This document shows positions 36,630 to 49,099 of a stretch of DNA of 64,000 nt, piece after piece. Origin of the DNA: Sphyrna mokarran (lineage: Eukaryota); the NCBI GenBank assembly GCA_024679065.1, contig JAGIQG010000003.1:94178001-94242000 (forward strand), in the 5' to 3' direction. The notes under the pieces were generated by a model. It was given only the letters and a program-made list of their open reading frames with translations. It did not search any database and was not told where the DNA came from. The translations under genes were made by a program, and so were the position numbers. How positions within the stretch are numbered: the stretch's first letter is position 1; each line of letters opens with the position of its first letter.

Positions 36630-39240
36630 CAAGGGACTATTATTTGTGGATCACATGACCTTCCTGGGGCCTATGAGAAAGAAGCCTTTTAGGTGTTAGG
36701 GCAAGAGTCCTAGTGGGTGGAAACCTGCAGTAAGAGTCCAGGATTTAGCAAGACAAGATGTACATCTGTACTGAGCTTGTTTGTATATAATTTCAACTAT
36801 TGTACATAAACTCCACTGTGATTCAAGGCTTCATTGCTGTGCTACCTCATGCTACAATATAGGCGAAGAGAATAAATCGACCTGCAATCGTTAAGATGCC
36901 TACATCTGAAAGGGGAAGACTGAGTTCCCAAAAAGCCTAAAAAGGTTAAAAATTCAATGTGTCAAGCCCGGTTGTGCCATTTTTTAAAGAAAATCAATCC
37001 ATTTGATGCAGAGGTTGAAAACTGGGGCCAATCTATTGAAATACTTTGATTTTTTTTGTAACCAACGAAATAACTTCTGAGGAAAAGAAGTAAATTATTT
37101 TACTTGTGGTTTGTAGGTTACAAACATATTACCTCATAAGAAACCTTACATATCTAGGGGCACCTGACACAAAATCCTTTGATCAGCTTGCCTCAACAGT
37201 AAGGCACCACAACAATCCGGGAACCATTATAATGCTGCTATATAAATTCCATTCAGCTGTTAGGGACCCAGGAGAAATCATACATATGTTTTCATTGTCA
37301 GACTTTGCCAAATAGCTGAACACTATTGATGAGTTTGACCCATCCTTAACTGATATGTTCTGTGATCGTCTTGTATTTGTTATTAATACTTCGGGCATTC
37401 AAAAGAAGCTGCAGGCAAAAACTAAAATATGCCTGGATAAAGTGGTTGAAGTGGCCCAAATGACTGAAAACACTGAACAAAGCAGTTTGAACTGCAAGGT
37501 GATGTGAACAAATTTTGTAGGAAACGTCGATGAGCTAGAGAGAAAGAAGAGAAATCGTCAGCCACAAGATGTTGATGAATGTTATCATTACAGGGGAGAT
37601 CATTCCCAAGACAGATGCAAATCTAAAGAGTTCATTTGTTTCAATGTAATTGGAAGGGCCACGTTTGAGCCAGATGTAGAGTAAAATAGAGTAAAATAAA
37701 AAATGAAGATTCCGACAAACAAGATTGAGGAAGATTCAGAAGAGAAGTCCGAACTTTATAAGGTTAACATTGTAAAGTTAAATAAGACAACCCCCCCCAT
37801 CCCCCTCCCAATCAAAATTGCCCTGATGGTTAATGGACATCCATTAAGTATGGAGGTTGATACAGCCCTTTGACCATGGTAATAGATGAGCAAGCCTACA
37901 AGTATTTACATGGTGGTCTGCAACCCGTGAGACACAGCAATACCACAGCAACCTATATGGGGGAGCCATTGAAGATATTTGGCACAATATCAACCTGAGT
38001 GTCATATCATGTGCTCAGCTATCTCTGGTAGTGAAAGGACAAAGGCCTAATCTTAAGAGATGAAACTAGCTGAACCAAATCAAGTTGAAACGGCTGTAAA
38101 TATTCAACAATCACAGATGGAATTTTCCAGGAGTTCTCGTGCAAATATCAAGAAGACTTTTGGAAAGAGCTGGGATGCATATAAGGGTTTAAGGCTAAAA
38201 TGTAAATGAATCCTGGGACAACAGCAAATTTTTTTTAGGGTGCAGCCTGTCCGTTACATCCTATAACAAAATATTGAGATGGAGTTGAAACAACTGGAGT
38301 CTTGCTGATAATTAGACAGGAACACTTCCCAGAATGGGCTGTTGCCAATAGTCCCAGTGTTAAGAGCACATAGTGAAGATTTGTGGCAATTATAAGCTGA
38401 CCATGAACAGATCTACCCAAATAAAATCCTAAACTTATGGGAGGCCTCAAGTACATAAAATTGTATTTAAGTCATGCATACCAATAGCTTGAGCTGGAAG
38501 AAGACTCAAGGTTATATGAGGTTACCCTCTGGCATTTCATCTGCATTTGCTATCTTTCTATAGAAAGCCTTCTGCAAGGAATCCCAAGAGTTGTCCTATA
38601 TCTGGATGATTTCTTCATAACAGGCGCATCAGCTGAAGAGCTCAGGGCGAATTTGGAAGATTCTTAATAATCCAAAAAGCTGGCATCCACTTAAGAAAAG
38701 AAAAATGTGCTTTTTCAGGCCAGTGAAGTCATATATGTTGCATTCAGTCGAAATAAGAGATATGCACCCAGCAAACAAAAAGATAGAGGTACTGGAAGAG
38801 ATGCCTAACTGAAGAATATAGCAGAATTGAAGTTTGTCTTGGGGATGGTCAACAATAGTGGCAATCTTCTACTAAACTTGTCTAATATTTTGGCACCCTT
38901 GCACGACTTCTTAAAAAAATCAATGCTGGCAGTGGTAAGATTCTCAGAGAAAAGCCTTTGACCAAGTGAAACAGGTCCTATGATCATTTACCGTCTCTAT
39001 TTCAATGTGGGCAAGCAGATAATAGTGACATGTGATGCATCATCTTATAGCTTGGGATTGTACTTTCCCATAAAATGACATGGAGTGGCCTGTCACTTTT
39101 GCTTCCAAGATCTTGCCTGATGTTGAAAGGAAATATTTGCAGATTGACAGAGAAATTTGGACAGTTATCTTTACCGTCAGAAGTTCCTTGAGTATGTTTA
39201 TGAAGGTCGTATAAACCTCTTAGGACCTATTGGAAAGATG
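36630..39240 (+). mobile_element. Ty3/Gypsy LTR retrotransposon, 3'-truncated (5' LTR, PBS, gag, protease, RT, RNase H)
   Basis: LTR end/PBS-like ctacaata|taggcgaagag at ~36860; gag INPFDAEVENW...QTYYLIRNL..APDTKSFDQL; Zn knuckle; protease VNGHPLSMEVDT; RT KICGNYKLTMN, LSHAYQ, VVLYLDDFFITG; RNase H IVTCDASSY..PVTFASKIL..ERKYLQIDRE; many stops and frameshifts. Confidence 0.9.
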
Positions 39241-40080
39241 TGCATGAACCAGAACCTCCTGGGTGTGAGGACGTGATCCCGGAAGGAGAGAACCTTCAGT
39301 GTGAGCCCAACAGTCAGTGGGACTAACCCTCTATCTGTAATGAGCTTGTTTGTGGATAGTTTCAACAATCATTCAATAAACTACCATTGTTATCAAGGAT
39401 CCCTCATCATGTTATCTTGTGCTATAATACACATTCTCATGAAAAAGAAATGTAAACATTTGTTGCGACCAACCAAAGAGATTGAATAGACAGAGTCTGT
39501 TTATTCCTTCTCATCTAGTCGTTCTGAGGGAAACCTTAAATTGTGACGCCACTGCATAGCAAACAGTGGCAGTAGAGTTATGAATGGTAATCAAATATTT
39601 GGTCTCAAAGATTGGTTTGAAGAAAGATAAAAGAGATAGACATTGTAATAAAATTCTAGAGAGAGAAATTCACTGATGGTGAGATGTTATATTGGATTTT
39701 ATATTGTAGCAACATGTGAAATTTTAGTGATGCTGAATCTTTTCTATTGGTTCAGAATACATGACAGCCAGTTCACATTGCCTGTCAGTTTTGCTTTTGT
39801 ATACATGACTTGTAGAATCGATTGTTCTTTGCACATTTTCATCACCATAGTTAACTGAAGAAGTTATCTCAAGAACTATTGATATAGCAGTGTGAATGCG
39901 ATATCTGGAAATTTTTATGTAATTAACAGGTTTGATAGCAAGATGTATGTTATGAGGCAGAAATGCCTTGAGGCAATTAAAAATATATAAGCGTGAGGTA
40001 TAAGAACTCAAGTATCTAATATTGTCCTCTGAGCTCAGCAGTGTGGTGTTGCTTTTAAAGTGAAAATGGATTCATGATCC

Positions 40081-40335
40081 TTCAGACTGATTCTTGGAAT
40101 GGCAGGATTATCATATGAGCAATGATTAGGTCGACTTGGTGTTTATTCATGATAGATGAGAAAGGTAAGAGAAGACCTCATTCAAAAGCATAAAATTCTG
40201 ACAAGTCTGGACGGATCAGATGTAAGGATGACGTTCCCCCTCTGGCTGGGAGGGTCCAGAAAAAGCGGTCAGAGTCTTGGTACAGGGTAGACCAATCCTG
40301 CCTGAGATGAGGAGAAATTTCTTGATTTAGTGGAG
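40081..40335 (+). mobile_element. CR1 RT C-terminal fragment
   Basis: RLILGMAGLSYEQ*LGRLGVYS...REDLIQKHKILTSLD...EMRRNF. Confidence 0.75.
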
Positions 40336-40354
40336 GGGGAGTGTTAATCATTTA

Positions 40355-41195
40355 TTTCCACTTCTGTGACATTGCGCATGTCAACCTCTGCCTCACCCTA
40401 CCTTATGCTGAAATATTTATTGAGTCCTTTGCTGCTCTATATTTGAATATTCTTGCATTCAACCATCCTGTCAATTTAGGTTAATCCAGAACTGCGCTTC
40501 CTGTATCCTTCCTCAGTTTTCATGGGGTTGGGAGTTGAAACTGCAATCTATTGGGAACAGGAATAACATTGATGAAAGCAGTTCTATTTGATACAATGAC
40601 AAAATAAAATAGTGAGCGGTGGCAAAATTTCCATAACCAACCTTTCCTTATCTAATTGTCTCAATTGCTCTGGCCACTTTGAAACTGAACATCCCCTCTG
40701 TTTTTAAGGACTGCGCACAGGCTGCCAATTTGGGCCACAATATGACCTACTTTTCTGGCGTCTCATTCTCATTTTGCTTTACCCATTACCCCTATTCTTA
40801 CTAGTTTTCACAGGCCACTGTTTTTTTTAAAAAAAGGCTTGATTTCTGAAATTCTCTTCCTTTCAAATCCCTTCATGGCCTCATCCTTTGTGATCTCTGT
40901 AATCTTCTTCAGCCAACCACAACCCTTGCAAACAATTACACTAATGTAACTATAACACAGATTTTAATTTTCCAGCATTAATAGCTGCCAAGGCACTAAA
41001 CTCTTGAATTTTGTGCCCTCCACCATTATCTCCCCACTTTCCAACAAACCTCTCTGCCTGCTTTCCTCCTTTAAGGCAGCCCTTGAAATCTGCTACATCA
41101 AGCTCTTGGTTATCTATATTGTTTATGATGCTGCTGTGAAGCTTGGGATGTTTGATTACATTAGATATGCTGTGTAAATACAAAATGTGTTTGTC
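40355..41195 (+). mobile_element. L2 LINE 3' fragment (interrupted ~40520-40810)
   Basis: cacttctgtgacattgc..ctctgcctca..tgctgaaa; ttcaaatcccttcatggcctc..ctctgtaatcttcttcagcc; tail ctgtgaagcttgggatgttt..acatta..tgctgtgtaaatacaa; homologous to 3030-3656. Confidence 0.6.
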
Positions 41196-41939
41196 ACATG
41201 CCAATTGTGGAATGTCTTCTTTCCTCTTTATTAAATACTTCCTCCAGGACGTCTGTTCAAGAGTAACATTTTATCTATATTTTGCTGAGTGAAATTCCTT
41301 GATGCACGATTTTGAACCCAGACTTCAGCTGTTCATGGAGAATTAACTTTGCTTTATTGTTGCTACTGTCAAAAATAACTTCTTATTGCTTTAAGACTTT
41401 TCCACGAAATCGCTCCTCTGATTCTGAAAAATAGCTACTGCAGCTGGATTCATTTCCTGCTGTGATGCAGTACTAGCCCACAGGGGAAAAAAATCAATTG
41501 TGGCCGGACTTTCCTGTTCCGAATCACAAGTGAATCAAAGTGGGTTAGGAAAGAAATAGCCAGTCACCAGTCTTCCACCTCCATTTCCAACTCTGACTTT
41601 GCTGAGGGTTGGGGGTGTAGAGAGCCACAAGGTGGACAGGATAGTAAAGTTGCCTGTTTCATGAACTGGCAGGTTGAGCATTTCAAGCTCAGTTGGAAGC
41701 TCATTAAGAGCTCATCTTCTGATTTTTTCCAAGGTTTACTGGGGCTGGGATAGCTGTTAGAAGCTCTGCAATGCTGATCAACTGCAGTTTGATCATGGGT
41801 AGGAATGCTGAACCAGTTCTATTTGAAGCATAAAAATGAGAGCTTGAACAAAACTATTATTTATGTCCCCGTAGACTTGGGATGTGTTACGAATCAAAAG
41901 ATAGGCTTGGTAACTTAAAAAGTAGGAGTTTTTTACTTG

Positions 41940-43345
41940 AAGTGGGCACTGATTCACAGTGAGCTTCTTGTGCCTAGAAAATTTAGAAAAAAATCTTGCT
42001 TTTGCTTCCAATTTACACCCCTCCCTCACCTTCACGTTATCAATATCCAACACAATTCTTCCTATCCCTTCCTTGACCTCTCAGTCTCCATTTCTGATGA
42101 TAGACTGACCACCAATATTCATTACAAACCCACCAACTCCTACAACTACCTTGAATATGGCTCTTTGTATCCCGCTTCCATTCCGTTCTCCCAATTTATC
42201 TGCCTCCACAGCATCTATTCCAATTATGCCATCTTTGAAAATGCTTCTGACATATCTGCCTTTTTCCTTAACCAAAGGTTCCTCCCTCTGTGGCTGACAG
42301 GTTATGCAGCTGTGTTCAACCCATCTCCTGCACCTCTCTCTCATCCCTTCTCTTCCCTCCCAGGACCCTGGCAGGGTCTTCAATTTTCACCCAACCAACG
42401 TGTGTATTAAAAGAATCAGTCTTTGCCATTTCTGCTAACTCAGCATTATGCCACCACTGAAAGCATCTACCATTCACACTCCAACCCCATCAACATTCAG
42501 CAGAGTCCACTCCCTCTATGACACCCTGATCCACGTCTCCACTGCCCAAAATATTAATTCCTTTTTCATCACATCTGCCTCAGCATTTGCAGAAGATGCA
42601 ACATCTGGCTCTTTTTCTGCTCTCTGCTCACTATCCAAGGAGCCAAACAGTCCTTCAGGTGATGTAGGTTTCATCTCATCCTCCTTCAATTTGCTCTACT
42701 GTACTTCTTGTTCCCAATGCGATCTCCGCTACACTGGGGAGATCAAACAGAGGCCTTGGGTGAATGCTTTGTTGTACATCTTATCTCCATTCGCAAATAT
42801 CAACCCAATCTTCTGATCACCTGCCATTTCAACTCAGTTTGCCCAATGCAAAGTGGAAGAAAGGCACCTTGTCTTCCACTTGGGCATATTTCAGCCATTT
42901 GGGCTTGATGTTGACTTTAATAATTTTAGACTGTAAGCTCCCATTTCATCTTAACTGCTGTCTCCTCCCGCCTGCCTGCTCTGCTGCACTTGTGTAGATT
43001 GCTGCCTGCTGTTTTCAGCTCCCTGCCACAACTTGGCCACATGTCACTGGTTGCTGGGTTGCTTTCATTAACGCATTCTACTATATCACCTTTTGCCGCC
43101 ATTAGCACTCTTCATCCCTTAATTAACACTCCCATTTGCCTTATGTCCATGACCAATTTGGCAACATCGTCTTTGCCCTGATCTCTCTCTGGTTTTTTCT
43201 GTTCCTATCTTTGCCCTGTTTCCAACCAAATGATTCTTCACATTTCTGCCTTTCTTCAGTTCTGCAGAAGGATCAGTTAGATCTGGAACTTCAACTAGGT
43301 TTCTCTACACAGACCTGCTGAGTTTATCCAAGAGTTTTGAAATGT
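41940..43345 (+). mobile_element. Penelope-like retroelement (RT C-terminus, GIY-YIG, 3' end), decayed
   Basis: YPFLDLSVSISDDRLTTNIHYKPTNSYNYLEY...SIPFSQF; SSFNLLYCTSCSQCDLRYTGEIK; terminus cagttctgcagaagga...acagacctgctgagtttatcc. Confidence 0.85.
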
Positions 43346-45182
43346 AACTATGTAAGGATTTTGTTCTAATCTCTAAAAGCAAACTTAGATTGCACCTTTA
43401 ATAGAAAGAATAAACATCCCCAAGGCCTAATCCATAATATACACTGAGCATTTGGGTTTCTGTGCCATTCAACGGCTGCCATGAACAGTTCAGATGTTCT
43501 TTTCGCGTTGCATTGCCTGTTATTTTAAATGACAATCTATCTCCCTTGCTTGCGCTCATTTCGAAAGAGATGAGAGTTCCAAACCATTTTTAATCACATC
43601 AACAATTTATAACAAATATCATTTCGTTAAAATATCAGATGGGAAGGAAATGGACTTATTTGTGAAAGAAATACTAATTCACATGATTTCAGCTTGCAAA
43701 TAGAATTAAACTACTAATTGTAAAGTATTTTGATATGCCAACTACTTCATAAAATAGTTCTTTGGATTCCACAGATTTTTTTTAGATAAAGTAGGCTGGA
43801 CAAATTTCCACTTCACTATTAACGAAAGCATTTAAAATCAATTGCATTCGGAGCTTCTTTTTATATACCACTGGTAGTCGCTTGCTTTAACCTATTTCCA
43901 GAAGACGATTAATCTTTGTCAGCATTTTAACCAGTCCTTTTAAAACCAATTCATAGTGCTGTAACTTTGATCTTTGTTTGTTGTTGATAGAGGAGCACTT
44001 CAGACAGTTTCTGCATAAAATATTCATGTAACATTATTAGGCACATGCAGTCATACAGTCTGGTTTAAGTTAAAATTTTATTTTAAATAGAAAGATGGAA
44101 AGACGCAGAGGTAGGAAATGGATCCATCTGGCACTGAAGAAACCATTATGACTTTAAAAGCTTTGGCTAGATTAAATGATTTTTGCAATCATCTTTTGAA
44201 GCATAGTTTATTTTGTAATGGCTTGAAGTTAGCAATTTGTATCAAATGGTGTGTTTTAAGAGCTGCTCATGAAAAATTGAATGGAATTGATAGATGGCAA
44301 CACATGAAAAGAGAATAGATAACACGTATTTGCATTTTCTTTTCACTGAGTATTCAGATTAAAAACTGATAAACTGTAATTTATGATGAATAAAACTACA
44401 ATATTGAATGTCAAAAAACAGCTCTTCAGAGGAAACACTTGACTGACACAGAGCTTGAAAACACTCATCACTAGACAGCCCAAGCTATTTACCTGTATAT
44501 GCAATGGCTTCATGCATTGATTAAGGAAGTGATCTTCATACAGACATTGCAAAATTAAATGTTGGTATTGATTTTGGTGGCTCTCGATCATTTTTATCAT
44601 GGTTAAAATATTCAGTACTATCCTACATTGTGCTGTACTGGGTGATATCATGGCAACTGTAATGATAAACTAGTTGAGAATTGTTTGGATTGAGCCTGGA
44701 AATGAAGTGGATAGTGATGGTCAATCATAAAGACAAAACAGCTGAAAAATTCAGTTTAAAAAAGTGAATTAAAAGATAGAACATGTGGGAAAATAGAGGA
44801 AAGATGCAAACAGTAATTTTGTTAAAATCAGACATACAGGAAAGATCTGATTATGCAGTTCCCTTGAACAGTTTATTTTAGGTGGCTCCAATATTAGGTT
44901 ACAGCTGTAAGCATAATTGAAAAATGAAACATTTTGCGGTTGATTGAATTTGCACAAATTTGCTCTAGCTTTAACAGCCTGGGTGAAATCAACTGAATCA
45001 GTTCAGAAGTTTATGGAAACTCATGTGTAAGTAACAGCAATTGTTCATCAAATCAGAACAAAAATATCCAGTCTTGCAGCAGAAAAGCAAGATTGTTCTG
45101 AGACTACCAAAAACCTCAGCCTCCACCAGTTTTGCTTGATTAAACATCAGACAACAGCAAAAACACAACTATCCTTTATAGG

Positions 45183-45270
45183 TTTAAGTTTATTCATCAG
45201 TGTCGCAAATAGGCTTACTGCATCAACGCTGCAATCAAATTACTGTGAAAATCCTCTAGTTGCACTGTTC
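45183..45270 (-). mobile_element. V-SINE variant 3' tail
   Basis: aagtttattcatcagtgtcgcaaataggcttac..caacgctgcaatcaaattactgtgaaaatcc; same as 28136 and reverse complement of 46240-46298. Confidence 0.65.
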
Positions 45271-45474
45271 ATATATTGAATAAAGGACAAATCTAGAGTC
45301 AACCTTTCCAAAACACAGGATTATTCATAACATCATAAGCACATATTCCATTTTTTCTTCCCTTACATTGGTGCCCACTGGTTGTCATACATTAATTCCT
45401 TCATCTTTCCCCAGTTAGCAATAGCTACTTTCACTTACAAACTAAAGCATGTACTTGATTGTAATAGGATTCCA

Positions 45475-46239
45475 ACATTAACACCTAGTGGAAGGATAGT
45501 CAGTTCAGAAGGTCTTCCTAAAGATTATGTGCCGCAGCCATGAATCTAGTTTCAGTCAAAAACGGCATCATTCACACCTGAAAGCAGAAAACCCCCATTG
45601 GCATCTGATGCTCAAATTGTGTCAAAAGAGAAAGAGAGAGAGAAAAATTATCAGGCAAAAATTGGTAAATTAGTAAAATTGTTGAACAAGAATTTTCTTC
45701 TACCTAACAGCAACACAAACTTAGTGTTCATATATCTACAGGTTGGATCTGTTCAGTTTTAACCTCTCTGCAAAGAAACTAATAAAATGGCAAAAAGCAT
45801 ATTCAGAAATTTAGGATCAGTCTAACTACAATAGTCAAATAGACAATTTCTAGCTCTGCATCTGCACTCTTTGAGGGATTCCTCTGGTGGGTGATGCATT
45901 AATTCTGACTCCAACAATAAAATTCTAGAACAACTTGCCTTGTGGAAGGCTTACACTAGGCTTACACATTATTGACATTTTTGTCACAATTGGTCTATAC
46001 ATTATTGACTGCTTTGTCATAATTTAATACAGTGTATATGTAGTATGCATATTACCAATTCCAAGATCCATATTTTGAATATTCTGAGCATAGGCAATTT
46101 GGCCATCAGATGCCTATTGAGGTTTTCTGCTTCCAGGTGTGAATGATGCCGTTTCTGACTGAAACTAGGTTCACGTCTGGGGCACATCATCTTTAGGAAG
46201 ACCGTCTGAACTGGCTATCCTTCCATCGTGTGTTAATGT
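45475..46239. repeat. Long inverted repeat: 145-bp arms (45475-45619, 46095-46239), 475-bp spacer
   Basis: Hand alignment is ungapped with about 18 mismatches in 145 (~88% identity). Confidence 0.95.
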
Positions 46240-46298
46240 CACAGTGGCTTCAGTGCAGTGTTAATGTAAGCCTAATTGTGATACTAATAAATAAACTA
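46240..46298 (+). mobile_element. V-SINE variant 3' tail
   Basis: cacagtggcttcagtgcagtgttaatgtaagcctaattgtgatactaataaataaact. Confidence 0.7.
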
Positions 46299-47568
46299 AA
46301 TTTGGCTGCATCATCTGTCATCTTGCGCTCATTTATTTTTCGGGACTATATTACAGTGAGCATTTTGTAGAATTTATCAATTTGAGACTTACATCAAAAA
46401 AGAAATGATCCTTTGTTGTATTTAGCAGTCTGAAATTTCAGTAATATGAAATTCTTCACAATTTTTTATTTTAATAAAAAGAATGCATTAAAACATGAAA
46501 TCAAATTCGTAAGTCTAATATAACCATATTTGATTCTGAATAAAGGGTGTAATTGAATGTAATTTTTTCCACTATATAAAATGCATTATTAACAATACTG
46601 TACTGTTCTCTATTCTAGTTTGTAGAACAAATGTCGCTCCTATTATTAATTCAAATGTCTATGTTGGTAAAGAGTTCCCAGTGTACCATTAGCAAACATG
46701 CATATATTTTAAATTCTGCTCATTCAGGTAAGTTTATTGGTTTAACTCTGTATAGTTGATACAAAAGATTGGCCTAATTCTCAGTAATAATGGTAGTTAA
46801 AAATCATATCCCAAATTCCAACTTGAATTATGGTAATGTAAATTTTATTTCTGAGACTTAAAAAGTCAATTTATATTGTCCTGTAGAAGTCAGATGATGT
46901 ATCACTTTGTTGTGCAAGATTGTTTTCTTGCAGTGGCATATATATTTGAAAGCAGAAAATGAGTGATCCTCAAAGCAAAGTTGCAAATTTGCCCTGTGAT
47001 ACTTGTTTTGGGGAATATGATGTCCATTTCGAAATGTTGATTTGTTAAAGTATATAAGTATCTTCAGAAGTACTTTTGTAAGTACAGAATTTAACATTGT
47101 ATAATGAAAGTATGTGCAGTACCTAATATTGATTCTGTAATAGAGAATTGACACAAGTCAAGCTCATAACATAAATTTTCCTTAAAGTATTAGTTCTTCA
47201 TATTACAAATTTATACCTGAATAGTAGTGATAGAAAGTGATTTATTAGGATAGTCTGTTGTCAGTTATGAACTCTTAAAAGATGCAGAGTCCTTGTTGGA
47301 TACGGTAACATAATAGTGGTGTTGCTGAACTAATAATCCAGAGGCTCAGGCAAATGCTCTGGAGACATGAGTTCAAATCCCAGCATGGTAGCAGGGAGAA
47401 TTTAAATTCAGTTAATTAATAAATCAGGATTGAAATGATAGTCTCATTAATGATAATAACAATGTCTCATTCACTAATATCCTTCAGGGAGGAAATCTGT
47501 TATGGCTTACATTTGACTCCAGAATCCAGGAATGTGATGAATTCTTAACTAGCCTTTTATTAAGCAGT

Positions 47569-48338
47569 TGTGATAAAATAAAAACTAAGAAATCTAATAA
47601 ATGGGAATTGATTAGAAACACAGACTGAATGAGATCTTTAATGTGTGGATTAGCCTCGCATTATTACAAACAGGTATTTACCTAACAGAAGCAGACCACA
47701 GTAGAGCATAGAATTTCAAGAGTTAAAGCACAGATGGTAAAAGTTGAAGAGAAGATGAGGGTACACTTTAAAAGGGTGAGCTCATGTAAGAAATGTCTTT
47801 GTGAGGATCTCTAAGAAAAGTTATTTGGGTAAGAAAATATCAAAACCTGAAACAGTATATTCATGGCAGGGTTCATCCTACATGCTGAGCTGAACGGAGC
47901 TGATCCAAGAGCTGTGTTCACTCAAAATAAGCCAGTGTCTGAGAGATCATGTTTGAACCACCAGTTGTTGCTATTCCAAATCAGAAGCAATTCACAAAGA
48001 AATGTTGATGCCGAATAGAAGAACTATTGTTAGATATTGCTTAGAGTTATAAAACCTATGGAATGTTGTTTTAGGAGGTTTAGCTCGGAGTTTGGGAAAC
48101 ACAATAGTCTATTATCTGTTATTGTAGTAAAATGTGTGTTTTTGGTTGCTTTTCTTGTTGTGTTTTATTGCTAAATAAATATTTTTGTTTAATTATCACA
48201 ATAAGACTGGAACCTTCCTCACTGGTCTTTGTATATTTCCTTATGTCAAATTGCAAAACATACAGTTGGAACTGGCATTCCAAATTTCCATTCAGGACTT
48301 GGAATACCTTAGCATTTAACATCCGCTGGTTCTTAACA
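47569..48338 (+). mobile_element. Solo LTR inserted in LINE 5' region
   Basis: tgtgata...cttaaca (TG..CA) termini, internal aataaa at ~48174; LINE sequence resumes on both sides; no clean TSD. Confidence 0.5.
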
Positions 48339-49099
48339 CTTTGAAATAAAAGCTGTTAAGAAAAATTGAATAAGAAAAGTAACTAGACAGACTACCCGAC
48401 ATTAACTTCAACACTGGGATTGACAATGCACATCTTCTCAGAACTTCTCAGTTCGTTCTCTAAAGCCATCCTCAGTCATATTTGAGGGCTTGTGCTAAAT
48501 TTGGGAGAGATGTCTCACAGACTTGTCAAAGAACAGCCTTATATATTCACACTTGTCAAATTATACCTGACAACAAATGTCACGGACACCACTGGATACC
48601 ATCACTGGACACCTTCTTGGACACTGACTTTTTGCTGGCAATTCTAATTGCTGCTGACATACAAGATTTTGTAAAATTTTTCTAGTCAGGAACTTGAGCT
48701 TCTTTTGTTCACTTACTACTGAGTCTTCTGACTGTGCGCTTTCTGGGTATTCAAGCAGGACCACCAAGTGGTTCAATTGTGTTTTTGTGGAAGTGTAGAG
48801 TTTTATTTCTGCTTCAGTCCTGCTTTGTAGCCTCCCTTCTGCACCTTTGCTTCTGATGCTTTTTGTGCAAATATTTATTTTTTCATGCTTTTGTGATTCT
48901 GAGGTCCAGCCTTCACTGTTTGCATATTAGAATGTGTTTTGTGCAGGTCAGTCAGTCTCATGAATAGGTTCTGAGTCTTCTACAATTTTTGAAACAGTGT
49001 TTATGAATTACACAAATCTTTGTGCATATGTAAAATGTAAGGTATCGACCAGGAGCTGTCTCCATGCCACCTCCACATACATGTATGTCCCGACCAAGA

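Noticed and set aside
48625-49030. Unassigned segment between LINE and Harbinger pieces (also 52035-52415, LTR-like)
   Set aside because: Probably further TE debris, but no motif I can support
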